Shown one piece after another: positions 28,623 to 37,997 of a stretch of 64,000 nt of DNA; position 1 is the first letter of the stretch; the number at the start of each line of letters is the position of its first letter. The DNA lies in IMG/VR virus record IMGVR_UViG_2843857367_000001, positions 1 through 64,000 of that record, one strand, 5' to 3'. The notes beneath the pieces were generated by a model. It saw only the letters and a list, made by a program, of their open reading frames with translations. It was not told the origin of the DNA and did no database searches. The stretch comes from a virus. Taxonomy: Duplodnaviria; Caudoviricetes. The position numbers and the translations under genes were made by a program.

Positions 28623-29198
28623 TCAGGCCGCCGCCAGCTCGTCTTCCGTGAAGCCGCCCGCCAGCTTGGTCAGCTCGACCACAAGATTGTTCAGCAGCTT
28701 CTGGTCCGCCTGTTTCAACACATGCTCGGCCTGGCGGACGTCGTTCATGCCGGCCACCTCAGTGGCCAGGGTGCGCCGACGGCGCTCCAGAGCCTGGGTG
28801 AAGGCGACGCCCATGGCCTCGATCGCCATCGTCACCGCCGCCTTCGACAGAAGCTCGCCCTTCCGCTCAGCCAGGTCGAGTTCGAGCTTTTCCTCTTCCA
28901 GCGCGCGCTTCCGAGATCCCGCCGGGGCCGCAGGCGCCGCCGACGGCGCTTCCGCCACCTGGCGGCTGTCCTGGACCGAGAGGGATTCGCCGCGCGCGCG
29001 GATCAGGGCGTCGTAGTCGACCTCCTTGACGCGCCCTTGGGGGTCGCGCCGGACAGGCAGGTCCTCATTCCGCGCGATGAAGCGGGAGATCGAGGATTTG
29101 TTGATCGGTCGCCCGGCTTTGGCTTCCAGCGCCGCCGCCTCGCTGACGCTGACCCAGCGCCGTGACGATCCACCATCGAGCAGGAAGGGCTCTGTCAT
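28623..29198 (-). CDS. terminase small subunit (Nu1-like)
   Basis: N-terminal HTH, LELDLAERKGEL. Confidence 0.8.
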   Translation of the reverse strand: MTEPFLLDGGSSRRWVSVSEAAALEAKAGRPINKSSISRFIARNEDLPVRRDPQGRVKEVDYDALIRARGESLSVQDSRQVAEAPSAAPAAPAGSRKRALEEEKLELDLAERKGELLSKAAVTMAIEAMGVAFTQALERRRRTLATEVAGMNDVRQAEHVLKQADQKLLNNLVVELTKLAGGFTEDELAAA

Positions 29199-29199
29199 G

Positions 29200-29314
29200 C
29201 CGTTGCGCTCCCTGTTGCGTCAGCAACGCCCGTTGCACCCCTCGAAACATCGCTCACTAGGGAACGAAAACGCTCTGCTCCACCGCATAGGGTCAGAAAT
29301 GGGGGGAAGGACCC
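29200..29314 (-). other. cos packaging site of prophage A
   Basis: GGGTCCT (lambda cosQ) at 29314-29308, cosN-like segment ~29270-29290, GTTGC repeats next to terS. Confidence 0.65.
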
Positions 29315-29353
29315 AAGGCCCGCCTAGCCGCGACGCAAGTCATTGAAAGGCAA

Positions 29354-29388
29354 TGAAAAACCCGCCCGGGCGGAGCCTTGGGCGGGTG
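29354..29388 (-). terminator. intrinsic terminator ahead of late genes
   Basis: ACCCGCCC/GGGCGGGT stem then TTTT on minus strand. Confidence 0.7.
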
Positions 29389-29429
29389 GGTCGGAACGGG
29401 CTGAGGCTGGACGGCTACCGCACTGCGCG

Positions 29430-30002
29430 TCATTCGTCTGACGGCAGTGCAATGATCTGGCGCGAATCACGCCCTAGCAGGGTGAATACGACTGCCGCTC
29501 TGTCGCCGTCAACCATCTCTTCGAAGACGAGATCGTAGTCGGCAGTCGGGCCAGCGAGGCGCAGTTTGTCGCCGCGCTTGTATCGGCAGGCCTTCGGAGC
29601 GGCCTTTTCGTTGTCGTTACGAGGACGCTGCAACACCACCAGCCCATTGACCTCGCGGGCCTTCATCTCGGTGATGAAGCGGCTGGGGATGGGACAGGGC
29701 CGAGCCGTCTCACCGACGCCGCGCGTGATCACCTCCGTCACGCCCATGGTCGAGTAGACCGCACGCCAACGGTCCTGGTCGAGATCCATCTCGATGAACA
29801 GGTAGCGCGGGATCATCGGTCGAGGCGAAGGCGCCACGCCGTTCCGAACGCGGGCCCGGGCCGGAGGCGGCACCAACGGCAGATAGACGTTGAAGCCCTG
29901 CTGCTCCAGCTGATACCGGGCGTGCCGTTCCTGATGGGCGTGGGTCACCACGACATACCAGGCCTTGCCGGTTTGGGCGGATAGAGCGGTCGACGCGGTC
30001 AC
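29430..30002 (-). CDS. NusG-family antiterminator
   Basis: WYVVVT, PMIPRYLFI, KOW-like C-terminus with LLGR. Confidence 0.85.
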   Translation of the reverse strand: MTASTALSAQTGKAWYVVVTHAHQERHARYQLEQQGFNVYLPLVPPPARARVRNGVAPSPRPMIPRYLFIEMDLDQDRWRAVYSTMGVTEVITRGVGETARPCPIPSRFITEMKAREVNGLVVLQRPRNDNEKAAPKACRYKRGDKLRLAGPTADYDLVFEEMVDGDRAAVVFTLLGRDSRQIIALPSDE

Positions 30003-30030
30003 TTCTGCGGCCCCTTCGCTTTGGTTTCGG

Positions 30031-30277
30031 GCGTCCCACGGCGTACCGGCTGAACGTCCCACTTATCTTTTTGAGAACACTCGATAAAAACAGAGACGGG
30101 ACGCGCGGGACGCATGGGACGCACCTGTGGCGTCGTGCGCTCCCGCATGTGCGCCCCCGCATGGGGCCGAGGTCGCGTCCCATGCGTCCCGGTGTCCCAT
30201 GCCCGGCTCAAAGCCCGATCAGTCATGGCTTTCACCGTGGGACGCAGGGCGGGACGCGCGGTCGCCTGGGGCGTCCC
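30031..30277. repeat. GGGACGC iterons, putative replication origin
   Basis: about 11 direct/inverted copies around an AT-rich patch at 30061-30092. Confidence 0.75.
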
Positions 30278-32078
30278 AAACAGGCGCTTCGAACGGCGTC
30301 ACCTCCGCCGGATCAGCCCCCAATCCGACCGGCCTCTCTAGCCAGGGGGTCAGGGGGACGGCCAAGGCGCGGCTCTGGTGCATCCCGAACCGCACAGGCG
30401 TCGGCAGCGGTCGCGGCGCATAGGCCTCGCCCAGGTCGGCCAGGTGCTCCAGAACCCCGCGCCAGTTGGCGAAATGCGTTCCCGCCAAGGCCCTCGCGAG
30501 CGCCGGGTGGTTGGTCGAAATCAGCAGCCATGGCCCCGGCCGCTCATGGGCGCCGTGCCCATTCTCGATCTTCAGGCCGAAGGTCTTCAGGACCTTCTCG
30601 TGGAAGCCCGGGCTTTCCAGCTGCTCCTGGATCATCTCGCCGATGGTCAGGTGGCGATCCTTGGAATGCTGGCCCGAGTTGATGGCCCATATCCGCGACA
30701 GACACGCCTGCCCCGGGTTCTGCGCGGCCGAGGTCTCTTCCCGGTTTCGGATCAGAGCCGACCACCTGGCCGCCTCTTCCCGGGCCGTCTCGATCGTCAG
30801 CGCCTCATCGTGCAGCAGCAGCCTTCGCCCGGCGGCCAGCGCGGCCACCAGATCGGCCGCCCGGGGCGTCTGCCCGCTCTCCCCCAGCGCCGCCTTCAGC
30901 AAGCTGACGTCCGCCCGGTATCGCTTGGCCTCGCGCACGGCGCGCGACAGCAGGCGCGGCGAGATCTCCCGCGCCCAATCAATCGCCTCCTTCAGCTTTT
31001 CGTCGGCACCGCCCTTGGCCTTGCCCAACAGCCTCAACCGCACCTCGACCACCCGCGTGGCCATGGCGTCGCCCAGCTGCACCGGCAGAATGCTGGCCAG
31101 ATAGGCTGAACCCACGGCGGTCTGCCCCGCCGTCCGGCCGCCCGTGTCGCCCTGTCGCCGGGTCGACCCCTCGCCGGTAGACATGCGGCGAAGCACCTCC
31201 AGCGCCTTCTCGACGGGGCCCTGCCCGTCCACGCTGGGCTCCGCCTCGTCCAGGTAGAGCGCCCGCGCCTCGCCCGACAGGCCGTTCCGCAGTCCCGCTT
31301 CCGAGAAGCTGTCCAACAGGTCGCCGGCGTTCGCGCTGCCCGCCGCCTGCAGCAGGCGTGACAGCGTCGTCTTGCCCGCCCCGGCCCCGCCGCTGACGCT
31401 GGCGTGCGGCCTGAACGGCGGAATGGCGCCCAACAGCGCCGTCCCCTGCCATCCGAACAGGGCGTCGGCCTCGCTCAATCCCTCGGGGTCGCGAGGGTCC
31501 AGCGGGGCGAAGTTCCACAGGTTCATCAACTCGCGCAGCTTCTCGCCCTCGGCGATCGTCGCGGGCTTTCCCGTCCTGGGGGCCGGGGGGCGCAGCAGCC
31601 ACAGCGGCCCCCGCGTCCTCGCCCCGTTCCTCAACGCCTCAGCCACCGATTCCCAATCGTCATCGCCGAACGGCCACCGGCCGACCGCGTCGCCGGCATG
31701 GACGACAGGTCCGTCGAGGGTCGACCACACCCCGTATCCCCGCTGCGGGCGGTCGCTGTCCCATCGCCCGGCCTTGCGGCATTGGTCGACAAACCACTGC
31801 GCCGCCATGTCGCGCTGCAGCTTGCCGTCATTGTCCCGCCATTGGGCCAGGAACACCCGCCCTTCCAGGCTGACGAAAAGGTCCGTCTTCAGCATGCCGG
31901 CGATCTTGGACGCCGGCTCCCGCCGCAGTTCCCCTTCCGGCAAGGCGAAATGGACATAGCCGCCCTCGAAGCCCAGCGGAATCACCGGGCAGTCCTCGAC
32001 CTTCGGCTCTATCCAGACCGCGCCTGACTTGCCCTCGCTGTCCGGTTCGGCGTCTTCCAGCACATAGGAATCGGTCAT
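30219..32078 (-). CDS. replicative P-loop helicase-like protein
   Basis: Walker A GGAGAGKT, Walker B LYLDEAE; coupled to primase. Confidence 0.8.
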   Translation of the reverse strand: MTDSYVLEDAEPDSEGKSGAVWIEPKVEDCPVIPLGFEGGYVHFALPEGELRREPASKIAGMLKTDLFVSLEGRVFLAQWRDNDGKLQRDMAAQWFVDQCRKAGRWDSDRPQRGYGVWSTLDGPVVHAGDAVGRWPFGDDDWESVAEALRNGARTRGPLWLLRPPAPRTGKPATIAEGEKLRELMNLWNFAPLDPRDPEGLSEADALFGWQGTALLGAIPPFRPHASVSGGAGAGKTTLSRLLQAAGSANAGDLLDSFSEAGLRNGLSGEARALYLDEAEPSVDGQGPVEKALEVLRRMSTGEGSTRRQGDTGGRTAGQTAVGSAYLASILPVQLGDAMATRVVEVRLRLLGKAKGGADEKLKEAIDWAREISPRLLSRAVREAKRYRADVSLLKAALGESGQTPRAADLVAALAAGRRLLLHDEALTIETAREEAARWSALIRNREETSAAQNPGQACLSRIWAINSGQHSKDRHLTIGEMIQEQLESPGFHEKVLKTFGLKIENGHGAHERPGPWLLISTNHPALARALAGTHFANWRGVLEHLADLGEAYAPRPLPTPVRFGMHQSRALAVPLTPWLERPVGLGADPAEVTPFEAPVWDAPGDRASRPASHGESHD

Positions 32079-33382
32079 GCGGCTACGCCCCCGGGTACGC
32101 TCGCGGCGGCCTCGGCCGCCTTGATCACTTGGTTGAAATCCATGCCGATCGGCGGGCGCGACACGCGCACCTGCGTCGGGCTTTCGTCGCTCAGGCGGCG
32201 GCTCCAGCTGGCGCGGGCCAGGGCCCCGCTGACGCGCGCCCGCTCGGCGCTGTCGCGGACCGCCTCGACCATCCGCTTCTGTTGGCGGCCGCTGCGGCCC
32301 TTGACCGTCACCGGGCTCATGTCGCCGTCGACGGCGATGTCGATCACGCCCCACGGGTTCGCCGGATCTTCCGGCCAGGTGAACCCGGGCCTCAGAGGAT
32401 CGGCCCGGATGCGCCAGATATCCCGCGCCCCGTCCTTGTCGATCGCCTCGAACCCGCTCAGGCGGTCCAGCGACCCCGCCGCCACGGCGCGCACTGACCG
32501 GCTCAGCGGCCCGGCCAGCATCATGGCCCGCGACGCGGCGTTCTCGACGCCCTCCGCCACGACCAGGGGGCCCGGGGCGTCCGGCCGCGTCAGCCACAGC
32601 CCGCCGGGCAGCACATAGCCCTCGATGTCGCCGTGCCTGTCCGGCCGAGGCGGGCCCGCCAGTCCGTCGCGGCGCGCCAGCACGAAATGTCCCTGCGGGC
32701 CCAGCATCCGCTTCGACGGCGACCGATGGGTCTTTCCGCGCCCGTTGGGGGCCAGATAGGTGCAATGCACGCCGCCGGTCGGGCCCAGCTCGGTCATGAC
32801 CAGGATGACCATCGCCGGCAGGAAGACGCCCCGCTCTGGGTGACCGCTATGCCAGGTCCGGGGATTGAACCCGACCAGCGCCAGCATCCGCGCCGCGACC
32901 GGCCCTCGGATGCCCCGCCCCTCTTCCAGATAGACCTGCACCAGCGATCCTGCGGCGGGCTCGCGCTCGCGCCAGATCTTGCGCGCCATCTCCAACCGCC
33001 ATGCGGCGTCGGCCAGGGCCTCGGCCTCCGCCTCCTTCGCCGCCTGCGCACGCCGTGCGCGCGACGCCTCGCTCTCGGGCTTCAGCTCCCCGCCCAGCAG
33101 GCGACGCGCCGCGTCGGCCATGGTCTCATCGCCGCCCGAGAACAGCCGATGCTCCAGATCGATCACATCGCCGCCGCGCGCGTCGCAGGAATAGCACTTC
33201 CAACGTCGCCCATCGGCCGACACGCGGAACGGCGCCAACTTGCTCTTGGCCCCGCATTCATTCAGCGGACAGACGCCCCGATAGCCCTTGCCGGTCTTGC
33301 GCAGCTTGCACTTGGGCGCCCGGATCGCGATGTCCTCGCACCGGACCGCCGCTCGCGCCCGGTCGAACAGCTCGTCGCTCAT
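32075..33382 (-). CDS. primase (Zn finger + Toprim)
   Basis: GVCP...WKCYSC..GGDVIDL, HCTYL, VAEGVE, DFN. Confidence 0.85.
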   Translation of the reverse strand: MSDELFDRARAAVRCEDIAIRAPKCKLRKTGKGYRGVCPLNECGAKSKLAPFRVSADGRRWKCYSCDARGGDVIDLEHRLFSGGDETMADAARRLLGGELKPESEASRARRAQAAKEAEAEALADAAWRLEMARKIWREREPAAGSLVQVYLEEGRGIRGPVAARMLALVGFNPRTWHSGHPERGVFLPAMVILVMTELGPTGGVHCTYLAPNGRGKTHRSPSKRMLGPQGHFVLARRDGLAGPPRPDRHGDIEGYVLPGGLWLTRPDAPGPLVVAEGVENAASRAMMLAGPLSRSVRAVAAGSLDRLSGFEAIDKDGARDIWRIRADPLRPGFTWPEDPANPWGVIDIAVDGDMSPVTVKGRSGRQQKRMVEAVRDSAERARVSGALARASWSRRLSDESPTQVRVSRPPIGMDFNQVIKAAEAAASVPGGVAA

Positions 33383-34080
33383 GCCCGCACCTCTGACAGG
33401 CCCTCTGCGGCTCTGACCGCCGTCTCGATCCGGGCGCAGGCGGTATCGAAATGCTTCGGATCGATCTCGACCCCGGTGAACCTCAGGCCGCGCTTGATCG
33501 CCGCCACCCCGGTCGAGCCGCTGCCCATGAACGGGTCGCACACGGCCTCCGCGTTGATGGTGGCCAGCACCTTGTCCATGACCGGCTCGGGCTTGACCGT
33601 CGGATGATCGACGCCGGTGAAGCGACCGCTTTCGCTCAGGATCCAGCGCGCCTTGTCGGCCAGCGACCCGATCGGATGGGCGCCCGCCAGCCAGGCGTGA
33701 ACCCAGAACTCCGTGTCCGGCCGATAGTGCTTGTTCGCCACCGGCATGGGGTTCGTCTTGTGCCAGGCGCAGACGACAGTCCGGTGGAACCGCGCCGCCA
33801 GACGCGGCAGCAGCTGCGGCAGCTGGTCGTTGTGACAGAACACCGCCACCGACCGGAACATCGCCGGCGAACAGATCCGATCGTCAAATCCCTGATCCAG
33901 CCCCGCCGCCGCGATCCGGTCCATGTTCGGCCGGGCCTTGCGGAACCTGCCCGCCCCTCGCGTGTCGAACGCATACGGCGGATCGAACACCCCCGCGTCC
34001 TGGGGTCCCAGGGACCGCACCACCTCATACCCGTCGCCCAGGTACAGCGTCGCCGGGCCGATGACCTCGACCCGGCTCAT
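33379..34080 (-). CDS. orphan N6A/N4C DNA methyltransferase (beta class)
   Basis: DPPY, HPTVKP, DPFMGSGSTG. Confidence 0.9.
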   Translation of the reverse strand: MSRVEVIGPATLYLGDGYEVVRSLGPQDAGVFDPPYAFDTRGAGRFRKARPNMDRIAAAGLDQGFDDRICSPAMFRSVAVFCHNDQLPQLLPRLAARFHRTVVCAWHKTNPMPVANKHYRPDTEFWVHAWLAGAHPIGSLADKARWILSESGRFTGVDHPTVKPEPVMDKVLATINAEAVCDPFMGSGSTGVAAIKRGLRFTGVEIDPKHFDTACARIETAVRAAEGLSEVRA

Positions 34081-34478
34081 GCCGCCGCCCCGCGCGAGGC
34101 CTCGATCTGTCGTCGCGCCTCGGCCTTGCTCGCCGGCGTCATGAAATAGCCGACGCCCCAGCGGGTGCCGATCTCGATCCCGAACGGTTTCAGTTTCCGC
34201 CGGATGTGGCAGACGAAGACGTCCACGATCTTCATCTCGGGTTCGTCTTCGCCCCGGTCGCGGTAAAGCGCCGCCATCGCGGCGTCCTTCGTCAGCAGCT
34301 CCCGCTCCAACAGCGCGCCGAACAGTCGGGCCTGCTGAACGGTCAGCCCCCATTCCAGCGGCGGCAGGACGCACAGCCCCATCGCCTCTTCCAGTTCCTG
34401 AATGCGGTCTTCCAGGCGCACGATCGTCGCCTGCAGCGCGGCCTCCCGCGCGGAGAACTCAGCCGGCTCTACGACCAC
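34077..34478 (-). CDS. CtrA/OmpR-type winged-helix protein lacking receiver domain
   Basis: LTK..M..LY...DEPEMKIVDVFVCHIRRKL...IGTRWGVGY. Confidence 0.85.
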   Translation of the reverse strand: MVVEPAEFSAREAALQATIVRLEDRIQELEEAMGLCVLPPLEWGLTVQQARLFGALLERELLTKDAAMAALYRDRGEDEPEMKIVDVFVCHIRRKLKPFGIEIGTRWGVGYFMTPASKAEARRQIEASRGAAA

Positions 34479-35376
34479 GCCGCTTCCCCTTCCGGTAAAG
34501 AACGATCGCCAGCGCCTTCCACACCGGCGTCTTGTGCGTGGCCGCGAACACGGCCGCCTCCTGCTCCGCCGCCTCGCCCAGCGCCAGCATGGCGTTCGCC
34601 ACCCCGTCCGCGTCGATGTCCTCGCGGTACTCCTCGTCGTGCAGCAGCGTCTCGACCGCCTTGATCTGCCCCGCCGTCAACGGCCGCGCCCGCCCTTTCA
34701 CCAGGGCCTCCAGCACGATCCGCGCACGCATCGCGCCGCGTCGGTTGATCAGGGCGCCGACCGCCCGCACCGCCACCGTGTCCCCGATGGCCCAGACCCC
34801 GTTGCCCGGCGTGGAGCGCAGCATCTTCACGCCCGCTCGCGCACAGACCTGATCGATCGTCAGGGCTTCCTCGTCGCCGGCCGCCGCCGCCGCGAAATGC
34901 ATCTGCATCGGCGTGATGTTCAGCCGGTCGCGGTTGTGACCGATGAAGCTGTGGGCCCGCTCCGTCCGGCTGGCGGCCTCGACCACCATCACCGGAATGG
35001 TCGTCACCATCGGATGGCTGCACGCCGCGATCGCCGTATGCTGGCCGTCGATCACCTCCAGCCCGCGCTCTGTCCGGGCGCAGACCGGGGGCTTGAACCG
35101 GCGCCAGTCCCAGCGGGCGCAGATCTTGCGCACCAGCTTGATGGACCGCTCCGACAGGTTGCGCTGATAACCCTCATCGATCAGCAGCGCGCCCGGATCG
35201 ACCCATTCGAACACCGGCGGCGCCGTCTCGGCTATCCCGGCCTCCACCCCCGACAGATTGATGGCCTTCACGCCCCTCAGGGCGCTCGCCGCCGCAGCGG
35301 CCCCCAGCGCGGCGTGGCACGCGGCCACATAGCGGTCGTCCCCCTGGCGAAACGCCTGACTGCCCAGCTCCGTCAT
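34459..35376 (-). CDS. ParB-like / DUF6551-like protein
   Basis: IDEGYQR, VIDGQHT. Confidence 0.75.
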   Translation of the reverse strand: MTELGSQAFRQGDDRYVAACHAALGAAAAASALRGVKAINLSGVEAGIAETAPPVFEWVDPGALLIDEGYQRNLSERSIKLVRKICARWDWRRFKPPVCARTERGLEVIDGQHTAIAACSHPMVTTIPVMVVEAASRTERAHSFIGHNRDRLNITPMQMHFAAAAAGDEEALTIDQVCARAGVKMLRSTPGNGVWAIGDTVAVRAVGALINRRGAMRARIVLEALVKGRARPLTAGQIKAVETLLHDEEYREDIDADGVANAMLALGEAAEQEAAVFAATHKTPVWKALAIVLYRKGKRRGRRAG

Positions 35377-35735
35377 CCGTCGATGTCCTTTCGTTCGCGA
35401 CGTCCGGCCGCGCCTCGATGTCCGGCCAGCGCCTCGCGCGCGGCCTCGGCCGCCGCCTTCAGCGGCCCCTGCAGATCCCGACGGCCGGCCGTGGTCTCGG
35501 CGCAGTACCGGCGCGACAGACGCGACAGCTGCACGCATGGGTTCGATTTGGTGACCACGCCCGGCGCGCAGGCGTTCTTGGCTTCATTCGCCACGCGGGC
35601 CAGCGCCGTCGTCGGCTTGCTGGGAGCCGCCGCCGCTGCGGCCTCGGCCTGGGCGATCAGCTCGTTCCAGCAGGCCTCGTCATTGGCCGTCATCCGGCCG
35701 TCGGGCCCGCCACGCAGATTGCCGAAGCGGCTCAT
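35373..35735 (-). CDS. hypothetical protein
   Basis: ATGA-coupled at both ends. Confidence 0.6.
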   Translation of the reverse strand: MSRFGNLRGGPDGRMTANDEACWNELIAQAEAAAAAAPSKPTTALARVANEAKNACAPGVVTKSNPCVQLSRLSRRYCAETTAGRRDLQGPLKAAAEAAREALAGHRGAAGRRERKDIDG

Positions 35736-36268
35736 GGACGCCTCCGCCGCTTCGTCGCCGCCGGAGCGCTGGTCTCCGACGGCGACTCGGCCTTCTCTCG
35801 CAAGCGCCAACCTGGAGAGAGAAGACGATGACGCCCGACGCCGTTCTGACGTTCGAAAAGGCGCTTGAGACCCACGGCCGCCTGATCACCGCGCAAGGCG
35901 AGCGCCTGAACCAACTCGCGCGCATGGTGATGGATGACGCACGCGAACGGCATGCGCTTGAGCGCGTACTTCAAGCCCTTGCCGCTCAGGTCGCAGCAGA
36001 CGCCCAGGACCCGCTGAAGTTTCTGGATGAAGTCCGAACCAAGGCCTTGGCGTCCATGGCCGGCGTAGATCTGACCGACGCCCGCGAAGCGATCGAACGC
36101 GTCTTGGCCAAGGTCGAGGGCAGCTTGACCGGCCCCCAGCTCTAGGGCTTCAAACGCTGCGATTTCCCGCCGTCGACGCTGGTCGATGCGCCGCCATTCG
36201 CGTTCATGCGCCTCCGCCTCCGCCTCCAGGCGAACGGTCCGGGCCTTGATCCTGCGGGGGGGGCTCAT
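35732..36268 (-). CDS. hypothetical protein enclosing an antisense gene
   Basis: ATGA-coupled to cro and to next gene. Confidence 0.45.
   Translation of the reverse strand: MSPPRRIKARTVRLEAEAEAHEREWRRIDQRRRREIAAFEALELGAGQAALDLGQDAFDRFAGVGQIYAGHGRQGLGSDFIQKLQRVLGVCCDLSGKGLKYALKRMPFACVIHHHARELVQALALRGDQAAVGLKRLFERQNGVGRHRLLSPGWRLREKAESPSETSAPAATKRRRRP
35828..36145 (+). CDS. hypothetical helical protein (antisense)
   Basis: GGAGAG SD, protein-like composition. Confidence 0.65.
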   Translation: MTPDAVLTFEKALETHGRLITAQGERLNQLARMVMDDARERHALERVLQALAAQVAADAQDPLKFLDEVRTKALASMAGVDLTDAREAIERVLAKVEGSLTGPQL

Positions 36269-36558
36269 GGGCGGGCCTCCGGCTCGAGATCCCCAACAGA
36301 GGCGGGCAGAGGTCGGCCAGACAGTTCTGGTGGATACCAATCGGCTGCGACCACCTCCCCCCGTGTCCAGGAGATCGCATCGGCGATCTGATCTTCCTTC
36401 GGAATGATCCGCTTCGGATGGCCGAATGGAAGCAGATAGCGGCTCGCGGCTTGACGTGAGATCCCCCAACGCTCGCCCAAAGCCATCGCGCCTAGCCCTC
36501 GGTCTCGAAGCCAGCGATCCATTTTGGGGCGAGTTTTAAGGGGCAGATGGGCGGCCAT
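36265..36558 (-). CDS. Cro-like repressor
   Basis: HTH (LGERWGISRQAASRY), GEVVAADWY, divergent from CI. Confidence 0.8.
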   Translation of the reverse strand: MAAHLPLKTRPKMDRWLRDRGLGAMALGERWGISRQAASRYLLPFGHPKRIIPKEDQIADAISWTRGEVVAADWYPPELSGRPLPASVGDLEPEARP

Positions 36559-36589
36559 TGGCGACCTCGTGATTCGGTTCGCCAAGGAG

Positions 36590-36640
36590 AAAGAAACTTA
36601 TTCGGTGATTTTTGCAACTGTTTGGTTTAGTCGTTTTCAG
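36590..36640. promoter_or_regulatory. cro/cI divergent promoter-operator
   Basis: AT-rich; CAACTGTTTGGTT also found at 38031. Confidence 0.6.
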
Positions 36641-36642
36641 CT

Positions 36643-37449
36643 ATGCCGTCGCTCGCGCTCATCCAGCCGGTACATCATCCTCGTAGGACTATGTCCAAGG
36701 TGGTTGATAATTCCGGGAACAATGACGCCGCTGCCCTTCTGGGACGCGCGCTGGCCGTTTTGCGCCGTCGGGCCGGCCTAAGTCAGGCTGCTGCTGGGCA
36801 AAGAGCCAATATGTCCGGCCAAGGCTGGGCGAAGTATGAAAACGGCCAAGCCCCGAGCATCTTTTACCCAGAGAACCAGCGCCGCCTGACGGCCGCCGTC
36901 GACGCGACGCCAGCCGACTTGGAGAAAGAGCGCCTCGGGCTTTCAGGAAGCCCGCAGACCAGCAACGTAGTCGACTTCCGCAAGTGGGTTGATAACGAGC
37001 GCGCTCAAACCCTGCCGATCCGCGATCGCGTCCAGGCCGGCGCATGGCTTATGGCGGATGACACCTCACAGGCGGAACCGAAGCAGTATCCCTTTGCCCG
37101 AGACCCCCGGTTCCCTTACGCCGATCAGTGGCTATCCGAGGTAATAGGCGACTCTGTCGATCGCCTCGGAATATTCGAAGGCGATCTCGTTCACTGCGTC
37201 GACTTCGAAGGTGCAGGCATTGGCCTTCAGAGCGGGCAAATCGTTGAGATTGAACGGCTGCGCTTTGGCGGATCCGAACGCGAACTCAGCATCAAACAGG
37301 TTGAACTGACCGCCAATGGCCCGCTGCTGTGGCCGCGCTCTTCCAATCCTCGCTGGCAAGCCCCTCTTGGCATGACAGATGGAGCCGAAGACGACGAGGT
37401 CCTCGTTCGCATCCGAGGCCTCATCGTCCAGTCCATTCGGCGTTTCTAG
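36643..37449 (+). CDS. CI repressor (XRE HTH + S24 peptidase); alternative start 36691
   Basis: HTH, VQAG cleavage site, GDS and SIK catalytic residues. Confidence 0.9.
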   Translation: MPSLALIQPVHHPRRTMSKVVDNSGNNDAAALLGRALAVLRRRAGLSQAAAGQRANMSGQGWAKYENGQAPSIFYPENQRRLTAAVDATPADLEKERLGLSGSPQTSNVVDFRKWVDNERAQTLPIRDRVQAGAWLMADDTSQAEPKQYPFARDPRFPYADQWLSEVIGDSVDRLGIFEGDLVHCVDFEGAGIGLQSGQIVEIERLRFGGSERELSIKQVELTANGPLLWPRSSNPRWQAPLGMTDGAEDDEVLVRIRGLIVQSIRRF

Positions 37450-37913
37450 CGCCCTTGAGCGGCGTCAAGCACCATCCGCTCTAACGTCCCGTTGCTGTTG
37501 CAAGTGACGGTCACGAGCGGATCGTTTGCGAACTGCCGCATCTCAGTGATGCGGGTATTAACAGTCACCTGCGTCCCAGATCCCTGAGGCTTGACGAAGA
37601 CGTTCAGATCTACCGCCTGCCGAACAGGCACCTCCAGGGGCGCAGCACCGCAGCTCGCCCATGCAGCCACGGTGCTATCCCCCCTAGGCGAGGTAATCAT
37701 GCGCTCCGCGGCAACGATGCCGCTGTCCTTCTCGATGGTCTTGATGGACAGATTGTTCGCAGCGAAGAACTCCACCACGCGCTCCCAGACAGCGTCTTTC
37801 CCTTCCGGCACGACGCGACTCTTCGGGAAGTCGTAAACCTCGGGCGCTGTAGCGCACGAGGCGAGAGCCGCCCCTAGCGTTGCCAGCAAAATAATTGACC
37901 GCCCCACCCGCAT
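37446..37913 (-). CDS. lipoprotein moron
   Basis: signal peptide with LASC lipobox, AAGGAG SD. Confidence 0.75.
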   Translation of the reverse strand: MRVGRSIILLATLGAALASCATAPEVYDFPKSRVVPEGKDAVWERVVEFFAANNLSIKTIEKDSGIVAAERMITSPRGDSTVAAWASCGAAPLEVPVRQAVDLNVFVKPQGSGTQVTVNTRITEMRQFANDPLVTVTCNSNGTLERMVLDAAQGR

Positions 37914-37997
37914 GCTCCTTGCGTTGAAATAACGACGTACACCTAAACACTTAGCTACACCAACTCGCAACCCTTTGGTCTGCGCTCGCGCCACCAC

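Noticed and set aside
33379-34080. Restriction-modification system
   Set aside because: No endonuclease next to the MTase; orphan phage MTases are common
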